From the IMG/VR virus record IMGVR_UViG_3300032116_000102, positions 1 to 64,000 of that record: a stretch of 64,000 bases of DNA; one strand, written 5' to 3'. Both the position numbers and the translations under genes were made by a program. Positions 18,133 to 26,791 of the stretch are shown one piece after another. The stretch comes from a virus. How positions within the stretch are numbered: the first letter of the stretch is position 1; the number at the start of each line of letters is the position of its first letter. The notes under the pieces are model-generated. The model ran no database searches. It had not been told where the DNA came from and worked only from the letters and a program-made list of their open reading frames with translations.

Positions 18133-18339
18133 ATGACTGAAGACAACAAACGGTATCACCTCATCATCAACGTTGATGAGAAGTATGCCATCGTCAATGC
18201 ACTAGCTTTTTATCATGCTCATCACACGCTTGGTTCTTTGCTTGACGAAGACGAGCGTGAACAATATGAGCTTGCATTCAAAGAAGATGGTCCAACTCTT
18301 GTTGATACATTAGCCACAAGAGTTGCCAATACCTTCTGA
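18133..18339 (+). CDS. Early hypothetical protein
   Basis: MTEDNKRYHLIINVD...; start placed after the RNA element. Confidence 0.6.
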   Translation: MTEDNKRYHLIINVDEKYAIVNALAFYHAHHTLGSLLDEDEREQYELAFKEDGPTLVDTLATRVANTF

Positions 18340-18367
18340 AAACCACACACTTCACTCAATTCAAACC

Positions 18368-18505
18368 ATGACTAACCTTCAAACACTTGACGAAAATTAC
18401 AATGCTGATCTTCTAGATGCAATGGCTGACATTGCAGCTGAACAAGAAGAATCAATGCGTAACTCAGATCCACAAGAATGGGAGGGTTACGATGACGAAT
18501 CGTAA
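18368..18505 (+). CDS. Small acidic protein
   Basis: MTNLQTLDENYNADLLDAMAD...; CA-rich leader. Confidence 0.5.
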   Translation: MTNLQTLDENYNADLLDAMADIAAEQEESMRNSDPQEWEGYDDES

Positions 18506-18580
18506 GCACGAAGATGACATCGTTATTGTCATCATTGCCATCATCTCCATTCTGATCACCACACTCATCGACGCAATCCA

Positions 18581-18949
18581 ATGTCTTACATCTCTGAACT
18601 CCAAAAGTTCTACCCCAGAACCTACAAAGCTCGTCTCGCCATCCAACGATACGAAACCCACAAAGAGTGGGAACACGAAATCCCAACGACTGTCACCGTC
18701 CACGAAACCACGCTCAACTACGGCGGTCCAGAGGAAGGTGGATGGTGGTACCAAGCAGGACTCCCGGTCCTTACCCACTGCATCTTCTCCAAGAAGCAAG
18801 CGGTCCAAACCTTCATCCAATACTTCGACGAATACGAAGTCGCGGACCAGCCAAGCCTCGGGCTTTCAACAACATATCACAACTACGAAGTCAACTTCGC
18901 CAATGGATACGCTACTGTCTACCCCGAATCCAAACCACACTACTGCTGA
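18581..18949 (+). CDS. Phage hypothetical protein
   Basis: YGGPEEGGWWY motif; normal composition, unlike the overlapping frames. Confidence 0.65.
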   Translation: MSYISELQKFYPRTYKARLAIQRYETHKEWEHEIPTTVTVHETTLNYGGPEEGGWWYQAGLPVLTHCIFSKKQAVQTFIQYFDEYEVADQPSLGLSTTYHNYEVNFANGYATVYPESKPHYC

Positions 18950-19197
18950 TGACTCTAACTCAGATCAAACCACCCGTAGGGTTGAGCATCAACCAACGGA
19001 ACCTCTACACATACTTTCTAAACCACAGGAAGAAGTACAAGCACACACCGTGCTACGTACCAAGGTGTCCCGGTCAAAACTCAAGGGTTGAACAATATCT
19101 CAATGCATTAATCAAGCTGGAACAATACGGCTTGATACGCGTTGACAGAAGCAGTGATCACTACACAAGTTGGATCATGCTTCCACCAAAGAACTAA
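18949..19197 (+). CDS. Small winged-helix-like protein
   Basis: LSINQRNLYTYF...YLNALIKLEQYGLIRVDR. Confidence 0.5.
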   Translation: MTLTQIKPPVGLSINQRNLYTYFLNHRKKYKHTPCYVPRCPGQNSRVEQYLNALIKLEQYGLIRVDRSSDHYTSWIMLPPKN

Positions 19198-19276
19198 TCA
19201 CCTACGTCATATAACACTTCCGTTATATTGTTTGCTATTCGCAAATAGCGAATACATGCCAATACTTCAATCCACA

Positions 19277-19317
19277 CCTGGGCATCACCAACGTAAGTAC
19301 GGTGTGTAAGTCCCAGG
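19277..19317 (+). ncRNA. Structured leader family C, copy 2
   Basis: CCTGGG-CAT-CACC...GGTG-TGTAAGT-CCCAGG. Confidence 0.65.
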
Positions 19318-19345
19318 ATTTACTCAAACTTTACCTCACTTCACC

Positions 19346-19549
19346 ATGTCTCAAAGCGAGTACTTCTACCTTGAAGAAGTTCGTTCCATCTTGAAGAATG
19401 TCCTTGCACGTGAGAGCAAGAGACATCAGATGGACCAACATCTCACGCCACATACCGAAGATGTGATCGAAGAGATCCTCAACATGCTTGAAGAGGAGCT
19501 CGACTACGATCCAACGCCTCAATACGATCCAAGCCTTGCTGGCATCTAA
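19346..19549 (+). CDS. Small acidic hypothetical protein
   Basis: ORF track; follows a family C element. Confidence 0.6.
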   Translation: MSQSEYFYLEEVRSILKNVLARESKRHQMDQHLTPHTEDVIEEILNMLEEELDYDPTPQYDPSLAGI

Positions 19550-19682
19550 GTCAGCCCCCTACAACCCCCGAGGAAGTACCAGGGGGGATACCTTTAGTTC
19601 TATAAGAAACTATTATGTATTCCCCCTTATCCACTCCTTGACAACCCTGGTAGACTCAACACACTTACCACACACTCAACTC

Positions 19683-19889
19683 ATGTCTTCCAACAAACCA
19701 ACCATTCCCAACTCTGTAGATCCTCAAAAGCTTCAGTTCATGCAACTGACTGCAAAGATGAAAGAATCTGCAGACAAATATGGCGTCGGCTTCATCGGAG
19801 GCTTTGTTGCCTCCGATGGAGAAGTCTTTTACATGTCAAATATGAATGACGAAGACACCCAAGCATTGATGCCGGACAGTCTCAAATGA
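19683..19889 (+). CDS. Hypothetical protein
   Basis: MSSNKPTIPNSVDP...; CACTCAACTC leader. Confidence 0.55.
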   Translation: MSSNKPTIPNSVDPQKLQFMQLTAKMKESADKYGVGFIGGFVASDGEVFYMSNMNDEDTQALMPDSLK

Positions 19890-20052
19890 AACAAGTTATT
19901 TACAAAGAAATCATTACTATTGATGGACGTGAATACACAGTTGCTAACTGTGATTATTCTGAATCAATCTACGAATTACTTAAAGACAATGTCTTAGAAG
20001 ATGACAACCAAGAGATTGTTAATCACATTGTTGATGACATTGTTAATTCCCA

Positions 20053-20250
20053 ATGACTAAGAAATCAATCATCAGTTTTGATCGCACCATCCATGGTGTA
20101 AACATCACCGAACACGGTATCAAATCTGTATCTAAAGCAATCAAGCTTGGGCCATTTCAACTCACACTCAACGCCAATCCCAATGGTGTCAAAGGATCAC
20201 TCAGTATTCCTGGCACAGGCTTGAGCATCCCAAACATTAAATTAATCTAA
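20053..20250 (+). CDS. DUF4236-like small protein
   Basis: KLGPFQLTLN...SLSIPGTGLS. Confidence 0.55.
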   Translation: MTKKSIISFDRTIHGVNITEHGIKSVSKAIKLGPFQLTLNANPNGVKGSLSIPGTGLSIPNIKLI

Positions 20251-20251
20251 A

Positions 20252-20313
20252 GATCTGGGCGTCTGTACTCGTTGTGCAAACAGCACAGAAAGAGACAGTG
20301 TAAGTCCCAGATC
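20252..20313 (+). ncRNA. Structured leader family C, copy 3
   Basis: GATCTGGG-CGT-CTGT...ACAG-TGTAAGT-CCCAGATC. Confidence 0.65.
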
Positions 20314-20335
20314 CTGTCCACTTACTCAACTCAAC

Positions 20336-20524
20336 ATGTCACTATTCCTCGACGAACTTACGTTGTTTGATCGCATCAATCTTGCTGCCTGCGCTGCACG
20401 CAGGGCACAGGACAACACACTTGATGCTGATCGATTCCACAATGAGTACAAGACTGCACGTCTGTGGCATAACCACAAGTGCGTCATCACCAAAACTTAT
20501 TCCTACGTGGATGACAACTCATGA
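20336..20524 (+). CDS. Hypothetical protein
   Basis: ORF track; follows a family C element. Confidence 0.55.
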   Translation: MSLFLDELTLFDRINLAACAARRAQDNTLDADRFHNEYKTARLWHNHKCVITKTYSYVDDNS

Positions 20525-20769
20525 CAATCCTTGCCATCGAAGACACTCACTTCACTGATACCCATGTCACAGTTACAGCAGTTGTGGAGGACATGCGTCT
20601 GCTCTATCGGGCGACTCGCTTCGACCCTGAAGAGTGGGCTCCTGCATTGTGTACAACAACTGTCGAACTGGATCCAGAGGAACCAATCCCTCTTGATGAA
20701 GATGGGTTCGCTGAGTATCTTGATCACCTCGATCCTCAATGGCAACTCGTTGACATGAGCGAAGAATGA
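20521..20769 (+). CDS. Acidic hypothetical protein
   Basis: ORF track; ATGA overlap. Confidence 0.6.
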   Translation: MTILAIEDTHFTDTHVTVTAVVEDMRLLYRATRFDPEEWAPALCTTTVELDPEEPIPLDEDGFAEYLDHLDPQWQLVDMSEE

Positions 20770-20891
20770 TTGGTTTCTCAATTGAATTCAAACGCTGGTA
20801 CTTTGTACTGCGTGGTCCCAGGGGCAGGATCTACCTAGCCACTGGCTTCATGAAGTGACGTGTTAAAACAACACCGCTTTAGTTAACACAT

Positions 20892-20919
20892 CGTCCTGGA
20901 CATGACGTTAAACTGTCCA
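20892..20919 (+). ncRNA. H-type pseudoknot leader (family D)
   Basis: CGTC-C-TGGACA-T-GACG-TTAAAC-TGTCCA. Confidence 0.7.
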
Positions 20920-20941
20920 TTCCTTTTACCCATTCAATTCA

Positions 20942-22648
20942 ATGCATTTCCAACTTCCCTCCAACCTCCAACAAGAACTCCTGGCTTATGATCCAAAGCT
21001 CAAGGCTTTGGTTAAGCAGGATGACAACAAGAAGCCTGCTAAGAAAGCTAAGTATCCCCTTGGCAACATCCCGCATCTCATCCCTGAAGACATCGTGCGC
21101 TCCAGCTACCAACAGGATGCAATCAACTACATCAACTCACAGCTAGCACCAGGGCGCTTTCGTTTGTTTACCAAGCTTGTGGACGTAGCAAGTTCACAAG
21201 CACGCACTGTACCTATTGCTGTTATTTATCACTTCGAGCAATGCTGGTACGCAGCATGGCTTCCACAGAAAGGCGAAGACTATGTCTATGGCTACGCCTA
21301 CGCATTCAAGAACACCTCAGCTGCTGCTAAGCAAGTTCCAAACAGCATCTGGAACAGCAAAGAACAGTGCACTGAACACACCATCGGTCGTGGTGCACAG
21401 GTCTTTACCTACTCAAGAACAGTAACTAAGCAAGACATTATCAACGGCAAGGACGGTCGCAACTGGCGTGCGATGGGTATAGCTAGCTACTACCAGAAGA
21501 CATGCGATATCAATGAAGCAATCAACTCGTTTGATTCTGCATTGATGGAAACCATTCCTACATGGAGTGACTGTCGTTCTATGTTTGATCGCTTGCGTTG
21601 CAACAACATTGTTGATGCACTTGATATGCCTTCTTTCTTTAGCAAGCCTATTGCCGATAAGACTAAGTATGAACTCACGATTGATAACTTGATTGCAACA
21701 TCTAAGTTACTAAAGAATGACTATGGTTATTCTTCTTACGGTACATGTTTAACCAAGACTGAAGCAATCATTACTACTCCGTATATTAAGAAGCAGCTTC
21801 AAGCAATGCTTGATCGTTCAACTGCTGAGTACAGCAACCCAGAGAATACACAACGGAAGGCTATCAAGTATGGCTTCAAGGAATTTGAGCAGACCTGTAA
21901 TTCTATTGAATTCATTATTCGTATCTGGCCTGATTGCCCTATTGACCACTACCGTACTTACTTCAATGAACTACGTTGCATCAACTTAAACAACCTGAGG
22001 TATGACGAACGTCTTGTCGAATGGCTACGCACCAACATGTCTGTTGCATCGTTCTTCAACATGCTGCGTAAGTTCAATGAGGCAGAACCTACCTCTCATC
22101 GCAGTTCATACAGTGACTATGATTACCACGTCAAATCATTCTTTGAAATGAATGACACTTTCTCCATGATCATGCGCATCCTGGAGAACGACAAACAAAT
22201 CGAGGCACCTAAGCGCTGGCGCATGCCTGACTTCCATGACTACGTGCAAGCCGAAGCATGGAAGGTAACCAACCGCAAGGAATCACTGCACCAGGATTTG
22301 TTCCCTACTCCGATCAAGGTCAACGTAGACGGCAGTGACTGGACATTCTTCCAGCCTGTCGACACACACCAGCTGGCACAGTGGGGACAAGCAGTCCGTA
22401 ACTGTGTGGGTTCTGCAGGACGCTATGCAGATGACATCAAGAAACGCAAGCACTTCATTGTGCTCTGCATGATTGATGGCAAGCCCACCTTCACCATCCA
22501 ACTGGATGTATCCATGGGTGTCATGAACGTCGTACAGATTGCTGGCGTAGCGAACCAGCGCCTGTCTGTTGACCAACATGAGCAGTACTCCACTGCCTTC
22601 AAGCAAGCCTTGCAATCTCGTGAATCTGAGCTAAGCTCTAAGAGCTGA
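20942..22648 (+). CDS. PcfJ-like domain protein
   Basis: C-terminal FHDYV...LAQWGQAVRNCVGS...FTIQL...VQIAGVAN. Confidence 0.7.
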   Translation: MHFQLPSNLQQELLAYDPKLKALVKQDDNKKPAKKAKYPLGNIPHLIPEDIVRSSYQQDAINYINSQLAPGRFRLFTKLVDVASSQARTVPIAVIYHFEQCWYAAWLPQKGEDYVYGYAYAFKNTSAAAKQVPNSIWNSKEQCTEHTIGRGAQVFTYSRTVTKQDIINGKDGRNWRAMGIASYYQKTCDINEAINSFDSALMETIPTWSDCRSMFDRLRCNNIVDALDMPSFFSKPIADKTKYELTIDNLIATSKLLKNDYGYSSYGTCLTKTEAIITTPYIKKQLQAMLDRSTAEYSNPENTQRKAIKYGFKEFEQTCNSIEFIIRIWPDCPIDHYRTYFNELRCINLNNLRYDERLVEWLRTNMSVASFFNMLRKFNEAEPTSHRSSYSDYDYHVKSFFEMNDTFSMIMRILENDKQIEAPKRWRMPDFHDYVQAEAWKVTNRKESLHQDLFPTPIKVNVDGSDWTFFQPVDTHQLAQWGQAVRNCVGSAGRYADDIKKRKHFIVLCMIDGKPTFTIQLDVSMGVMNVVQIAGVANQRLSVDQHEQYSTAFKQALQSRESELSSKS

Positions 22649-22698
22649 AGCCACAGCAGGGGCATCCTATCCTCGTAAATGGGATGCCTCTTTAACTC

Positions 22699-22917
22699 AT
22701 GTCTGATTACACCGACGAACAACTCCTTGCCATGGCCATGGCAAACATTGGTGAGTACATCACAGATAACTCACCTCAATACATCCTGATCGAAGACGAT
22801 CCTCGTAATGAGGATGATTACGACACATGGAGTTACGGTACTGAACCGTTACCTCATGATCACACTTGGCACTCCACATCGATTGATGTAGAGGTAAGCC
22901 CAAGTCAGGCCGACTAG
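22699..22917 (+). CDS. Small acidic protein
   Basis: ORF track. Confidence 0.55.
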   Translation: MSDYTDEQLLAMAMANIGEYITDNSPQYILIEDDPRNEDDYDTWSYGTEPLPHDHTWHSTSIDVEVSPSQAD

Positions 22918-22936
22918 TCCAACGGCAGAGACAAGC
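22908..22936 (+). pseudogene. Orphan 5' fragment of tRNA-Leu (acceptor 5' strand plus D arm)
   Basis: GGCCGACTAGTCCAACGGCAGAGACAAGC parallels the tRNA 5' end at 23306-23336; compensatory D stem GTC/GAC vs GCC/GGC. Confidence 0.7.
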
Positions 22937-23323
22937 ATGAAACTCTATGGTCCATACACTCGCAAAGATGGCAGACAACATGTCATTCTTTACGAGAACG
23001 GCAAACGCAAAACAGTAAGCTATCCCAAGTATTTACTTGAGACAAAGCTTGGTCGATCTCTTTTGCCTCATGAAACCTGCGATCACATTGATGGAGATCC
23101 TTTAAACAATTCTTTAGATAACTTGCAGATGCTATCCAGATCGGATAACGTACGCAAGCACGCAGCTCTTTCACCTGCAGAGCTGGGGACTTTCACTTGT
23201 CCTATTTGTTTGTGTTCATTTACCAAACGAATGCATAGCACTAGGCACAATCGAAAGCAAGGAAAACGTGGACCTTATTGTTCACGTTCATGCGCAGGTA
23301 AAGCTGGCCGACTAGCCCAATAG
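22937..23323 (+). CDS. HNH homing endonuclease
   Basis: CDHIDGDPLNNSLDNLQMLSRSDNVRKH; C-terminal CPIC...YCSRSC Zn finger. Confidence 0.85.
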   Translation: MKLYGPYTRKDGRQHVILYENGKRKTVSYPKYLLETKLGRSLLPHETCDHIDGDPLNNSLDNLQMLSRSDNVRKHAALSPAELGTFTCPICLCSFTKRMHSTRHNRKQGKRGPYCSRSCAGKAGRLAQ

Positions 23324-23383
23324 GAAGCAGGCAAGTGACTTAAAATCACTCCAGTCCCGGTTCGAATCCGGGGTCGGCTACCA
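23306..23383 (+). tRNA. trnL: tRNA-Leu(TAA), CCA encoded, short variable loop
   Basis: Acceptor GGCCGAC/GTCGGCT, anticodon arm AGTGA-CTTAAAA-TCACT, T arm CCCGG-TTCGAAT-CCGGG, ACCA end. Confidence 0.9.
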
Positions 23384-23412
23384 ACTCAACACTCAACACT
23401 CAACACAACATC

Positions 23413-23775
23413 ATGCAACTCTTTGCAGCCTTCAAGCATCTCATCCCTGAATTCCACGCTTACTCTGATGAAGAGCAGCGTTACAACCTTGGAGCAACCT
23501 GGACAGCGGCTGACGGCCTTAAGGACTATTACAACCTCGAACTACGGTACGTTCATAACTCAGAGCGTCTTGCCCTCAACGGCGATCCCCAGCCTGATGG
23601 CAGCTGGAAATATGTGGAACCCTCCGGCCGTGTCCATACCATGTCGGCAGAGCGAGCCAAGATGTTCATGGAACAAACCCATGCCCATGCCACTATCATG
23701 TGCGGCATGCTGGATCGCCTCAAAGAATCAGGATTGATGGACCAGGTGGTAGACACCAACGCCCAACCTGCCTAA
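23413..23775 (+). CDS. Hypothetical protein
   Basis: ORF track; (CTCAACA)x3 leader. Confidence 0.65.
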   Translation: MQLFAAFKHLIPEFHAYSDEEQRYNLGATWTAADGLKDYYNLELRYVHNSERLALNGDPQPDGSWKYVEPSGRVHTMSAERAKMFMEQTHAHATIMCGMLDRLKESGLMDQVVDTNAQPA

Positions 23776-23793
23776 GATCACAGCGGAATGTTC

Positions 23794-23819
23794 GGCCCCT
23801 GCGCAAGCGGGGGTCTTTT
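23794..23819 (+). terminator. Intrinsic terminator
   Basis: GGCCCCTGC-GCAA-GCGGGGGTC-TTTT. Confidence 0.65.
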
Positions 23820-23823
23820 CTTC

Positions 23824-24147
23824 ATGATCTCCAAATCAATTATCTATCACGATGTAACCGAACTCATTGCTGATTGCATACCAGACAAAGCATGGCCTGC
23901 AGTACGTCATGAAATCATTCAGCAAATGCTAGACAACATGCCGTCAGATGTCATGATTCAATTGACTGGAAGACCTGATGCATTTGATACTGCTGAGCAA
24001 TTGCTCCAACAGTTTTATATGAATGAACCAGGTCACAAACTGATACAAGATTCATTTGATCTTGTTGGCAAAGAAGAAACTGCATTCATTCTTGATTCAC
24101 TGAACCTCACATCATCTGATGGCGTTTCAGAAACAGATCCTTCCTGA
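23824..24147 (+). CDS. Hypothetical protein
   Basis: ORF track, start moved past the terminator. Confidence 0.55.
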   Translation: MISKSIIYHDVTELIADCIPDKAWPAVRHEIIQQMLDNMPSDVMIQLTGRPDAFDTAEQLLQQFYMNEPGHKLIQDSFDLVGKEETAFILDSLNLTSSDGVSETDPS

Positions 24148-24469
24148 CTGTCCACAATGTAATCAACCTGGATTACGTGTCATCGAATCCAGGAAGACAC
24201 ACCACAGTACACGCCGCCGCAAGGCATGTGAGTGCTGTGACTACCGCCTCACAACGCATGAAGTATCTGCTGACTTTTACAACGAAGCACAGCAGAACTT
24301 GATCTTGGTCTCTAAGCTTTATGCGCTGCTGGGTACTGGTTCTTTGCCACAAGAAACCATGGCAATCAAATGCAATGACTGCACTCACAACCAAGGGGGT
24401 GCATGTGCATTTGATTTCCCTGAATACGACACTGCTCAATCATTCGACTGCAATCACTATGTCAACTAA
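24119..24469 (+). CDS. NrdR-like zinc-ribbon protein
   Basis: CPQC...RVIESR...RRRKACECCDYRLTTHE matches the NrdR N-terminal ribbon; no ATP cone. Confidence 0.65.
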   Translation: MAFQKQILPDCPQCNQPGLRVIESRKTHHSTRRRKACECCDYRLTTHEVSADFYNEAQQNLILVSKLYALLGTGSLPQETMAIKCNDCTHNQGGACAFDFPEYDTAQSFDCNHYVN

Positions 24470-24758
24470 ACGTCAATTCACTTACACCGTTGGTGATCGC
24501 GTAGCAGAACGCCCCAAGGCTCATGGCATTTTTGCTGTTCGCAATGAAGTCAAAGAACGTATTGCTCAATACCGTACACAAAGGTATGGTCACGTTCTAA
24601 ACATTGTTGAGAAACCAAATAGCCTTGGTCGCAAACAAAAGTTCTTAGTGATCCAGTGGGATCACCTGTCATCACCAACAGAACACGCTACGATGCGTAT
24701 CTGTCCAGCATCAGAACTCCAGCGTCTGATGAAGGAAGTCATTGTTCCAGGGGAATGA
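24459..24758 (+). CDS. Hypothetical protein
   Basis: MSTKRQFTYTVGDRVAERP... Confidence 0.6.
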   Translation: MSTKRQFTYTVGDRVAERPKAHGIFAVRNEVKERIAQYRTQRYGHVLNIVEKPNSLGRKQKFLVIQWDHLSSPTEHATMRICPASELQRLMKEVIVPGE

Positions 24759-24962
24759 CATGGATCATCGCACAGATATGATTATGCGAGCTGTTGTAAC
24801 TTCCATTGCAATCCTTGGATTTCTGCTTCTCACCTATGCAATTGTTGAGAGCAATTCTGAACCTGTAGAAAAGTTTAAAGTTGTAGATAAATACAAGAAT
24901 TGCAACGTAGTCAGATACACTGATCCCAGTAATCAATGGCACTACCTACTGCACTGCGGTCT

Positions 24963-25601
24963 ATGAACGTTCAACTCATTTGGTCTACACCCAATGCAGA
25001 AGAAATGATTACGAGAATGGCGCGTGTTTCAGCACCCAGCAATCAAGACAACATGGATACTGCACCACGCCTACTTAGGTATCTGATCAATAACAAACAT
25101 TGGTCACCGTTTGAGATGGCAAACATGTGCGTTGAGATTGAAACAACACGTGCAATCTCACCTCAAATCTTGCGTCATCGTTCCTTCTCGTTCCAGGAAT
25201 TCAGCCAGCGCTATGCAGATACCACTGAGCTTGGCTCTGCTGTAATACCGCATTTGCGTCGGCAAGATTACAAGAACAGACAGAACAGTATTGATGACCT
25301 ATCAGCAGAAGACATTGCTTCTTATTACAGACGCATCAGTGCGTTGTATGAAGATGCTGAACATCTCTATCGCGAGATGCTAAGCAACGGCGTGGCAAAG
25401 GAATGTGCTCGTTCCATTCTGCCACTTTCGACACAGACACGTCTTTTTATGAATGGCACAATCAGGTCATGGATCCACTACCTTGATCTCAGAACTGACA
25501 ATGGAACTCAACTCGAACACAGACAAATTGCAGGAGAAATCAAACGAATCTTCTGCAAACAATTCCCCATCATCGGAGAAGCAGCCTTCTCCGAAGAATG
25601 A
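24963..25601 (+). CDS. thyX: FAD-dependent thymidylate synthase
   Basis: HWSPFE, QILRHRSFSFQEFSQRY, KECARSILP, TQLEHR. Confidence 0.95.
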   Translation: MNVQLIWSTPNAEEMITRMARVSAPSNQDNMDTAPRLLRYLINNKHWSPFEMANMCVEIETTRAISPQILRHRSFSFQEFSQRYADTTELGSAVIPHLRRQDYKNRQNSIDDLSAEDIASYYRRISALYEDAEHLYREMLSNGVAKECARSILPLSTQTRLFMNGTIRSWIHYLDLRTDNGTQLEHRQIAGEIKRIFCKQFPIIGEAAFSEE

Positions 25602-25730
25602 CACACCATGGCTTGATTGTATGGATGGGTTTAAATACAGTGAACCCTCTGATTCAGTTAAAGAACCAGAGGATGACGTAGACAACTGGCGATCAGAAGG
25701 TCGCGGTTGTTTGTTTTTCTAATTGTTTGA

Positions 25731-25776
25731 CGGCATGCTTGGATTCCACATCCTTGCGTGCCGCTTTCTTTTTTTT
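25731..25776 (+). terminator. Intrinsic terminator between convergent genes
   Basis: CGGCATGC...GCGTGCCG followed by a T-tract. Confidence 0.6.
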
Positions 25777-25805
25777 ATCTACCAGGTAAATGATTAATGC
25801 TTTGT

Positions 25806-25958
25806 TCATTTGATTTGACCTCCGGTGACATATGGAAAGTAGCAGATGTTACGGTACGTCAGGCAGAGCCAGGGGCGGTGGGCTAAGTTCCACCAGGCCC
25901 TGTCTGCCTTGGCCTGATCCTCCTGTTCGTACTTGACACCACGGTATGTAAGCGTCAT
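25806..25958 (-). CDS. DUF4278-like small protein (50 aa)
   Basis: MTLTYRGVKY start with a second LTYR repeat. Confidence 0.7.
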   Translation of the reverse strand: MTLTYRGVKYEQEDQAKADRAWWNLAHRPWLCLTYRNICYFPYVTGGQIK

Positions 25959-25964
25959 TATTCT

Positions 25965-25978
25965 GTAGCGGTTTATAC
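25965..25978. promoter_or_regulatory. Candidate NtcA box
   Basis: tGTA-gcggttta-TAC, 7-20 nt upstream of the DUF4278 start. Confidence 0.4.
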
Positions 25979-26380
25979 GGAAAGTATATGACCGTTGCTG
26001 TATATGATGTCGTTCACCACGTAACACAACCATGATTTCAATTTCTAAAACTTGCACAGAATTCCGTAAAGCCTTGGGCTTTAAGGGAAGACTCATGTTA
26101 TTTGTCCTTGGTTTTGTAGGTCTTCTCTTCCCTGGTTGGGTAGCCTATGTTGTCATCGCTGGTCTAGCCAAGTGCACCAAGGATCAAGACATGTTTAAGT
26201 TCTTAGTACAATTTGCTGATTGAACCATGACTGAAGAACAGCTTGATGCTTTACGTCATCTAATCCAACAAGAGATTAACTGTGCCCAAATTGATGGCAT
26301 GGAACATGGTGTCTGGGGCTGGGCAGAAAAACAACTAGATGAAGGATGGCAAGACTTGAAAGATAGTTTTAAATCCACCT

Positions 26381-26395
26381 AAGTTCTACACACTA
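26381..26395. repeat. Putative recombination core site AAGT-tctacac-ACTA
   Basis: Overlaps a TAA stop (26380-82); left border of the cassette block. Confidence 0.55.
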
Positions 26396-26407
26396 CGAGG
26401 TTCACCA

Positions 26408-26767
26408 ATGACTCAACGACACCCAATCACTCCGCCGCCTGAGCTTGTACAGCAGTGGCTTGGCACCTACTTCGGTGCCACCGTTACTGGTGAAGTAAGC
26501 GATGTTGAGCTTGCTCTTGCCACCCAATCCGCCCGCTGGGGCGCTGATCAGGAGCTGGAGGCGTGCTGTGAGTTGCTGAACTGTGAACTTGGCACTGGCT
26601 GGGGGCATGGAACCAAACTCCGCGCCGCCCGCCGCCCCAAGCCGCCGAGCTTGAAGGAGCAGGCGCTAGGTGCCCTCTATGCCATAGCCACAGGCGCTGA
26701 TGACACTAGAGAGTTTCACCAAGACCTTGAAACCATTAAGCAAGCTCTTGAATCCCTGCCCGATTAG
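26408..26767 (+). CDS. Hypothetical protein (cassette 1)
   Basis: HPITPPPELVQQW...WGADQELEACC...RPKPPSLKEQAL; GC-rich. Confidence 0.7.
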   Translation: MTQRHPITPPPELVQQWLGTYFGATVTGEVSDVELALATQSARWGADQELEACCELLNCELGTGWGHGTKLRAARRPKPPSLKEQALGALYAIATGADDTREFHQDLETIKQALESLPD

Positions 26768-26779
26768 TCAACATCACTA
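26765..26779. repeat. Putative recombination core site TAGT-caacatc-ACTA
   Basis: TAG is the stop of 26408-26767. Confidence 0.6.
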
Positions 26780-26791
26780 CAAGGTTCAACA

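Noticed and set aside
20892-20919. Family D as a pistol ribozyme or preQ1 riboswitch
   Set aside because: It shares a hairpin followed by TTAAA, but lacks the pistol P2/P3 stems and the preQ1 conserved loop and A-tract. A formal Rfam search is still needed.
22908-22936. tRNA fragment as an att site of an integrated prophage or island
   Set aside because: It is a diverged 5' half abutting an HNH gene 38 kb from the recombinase, and no host genes flank it.
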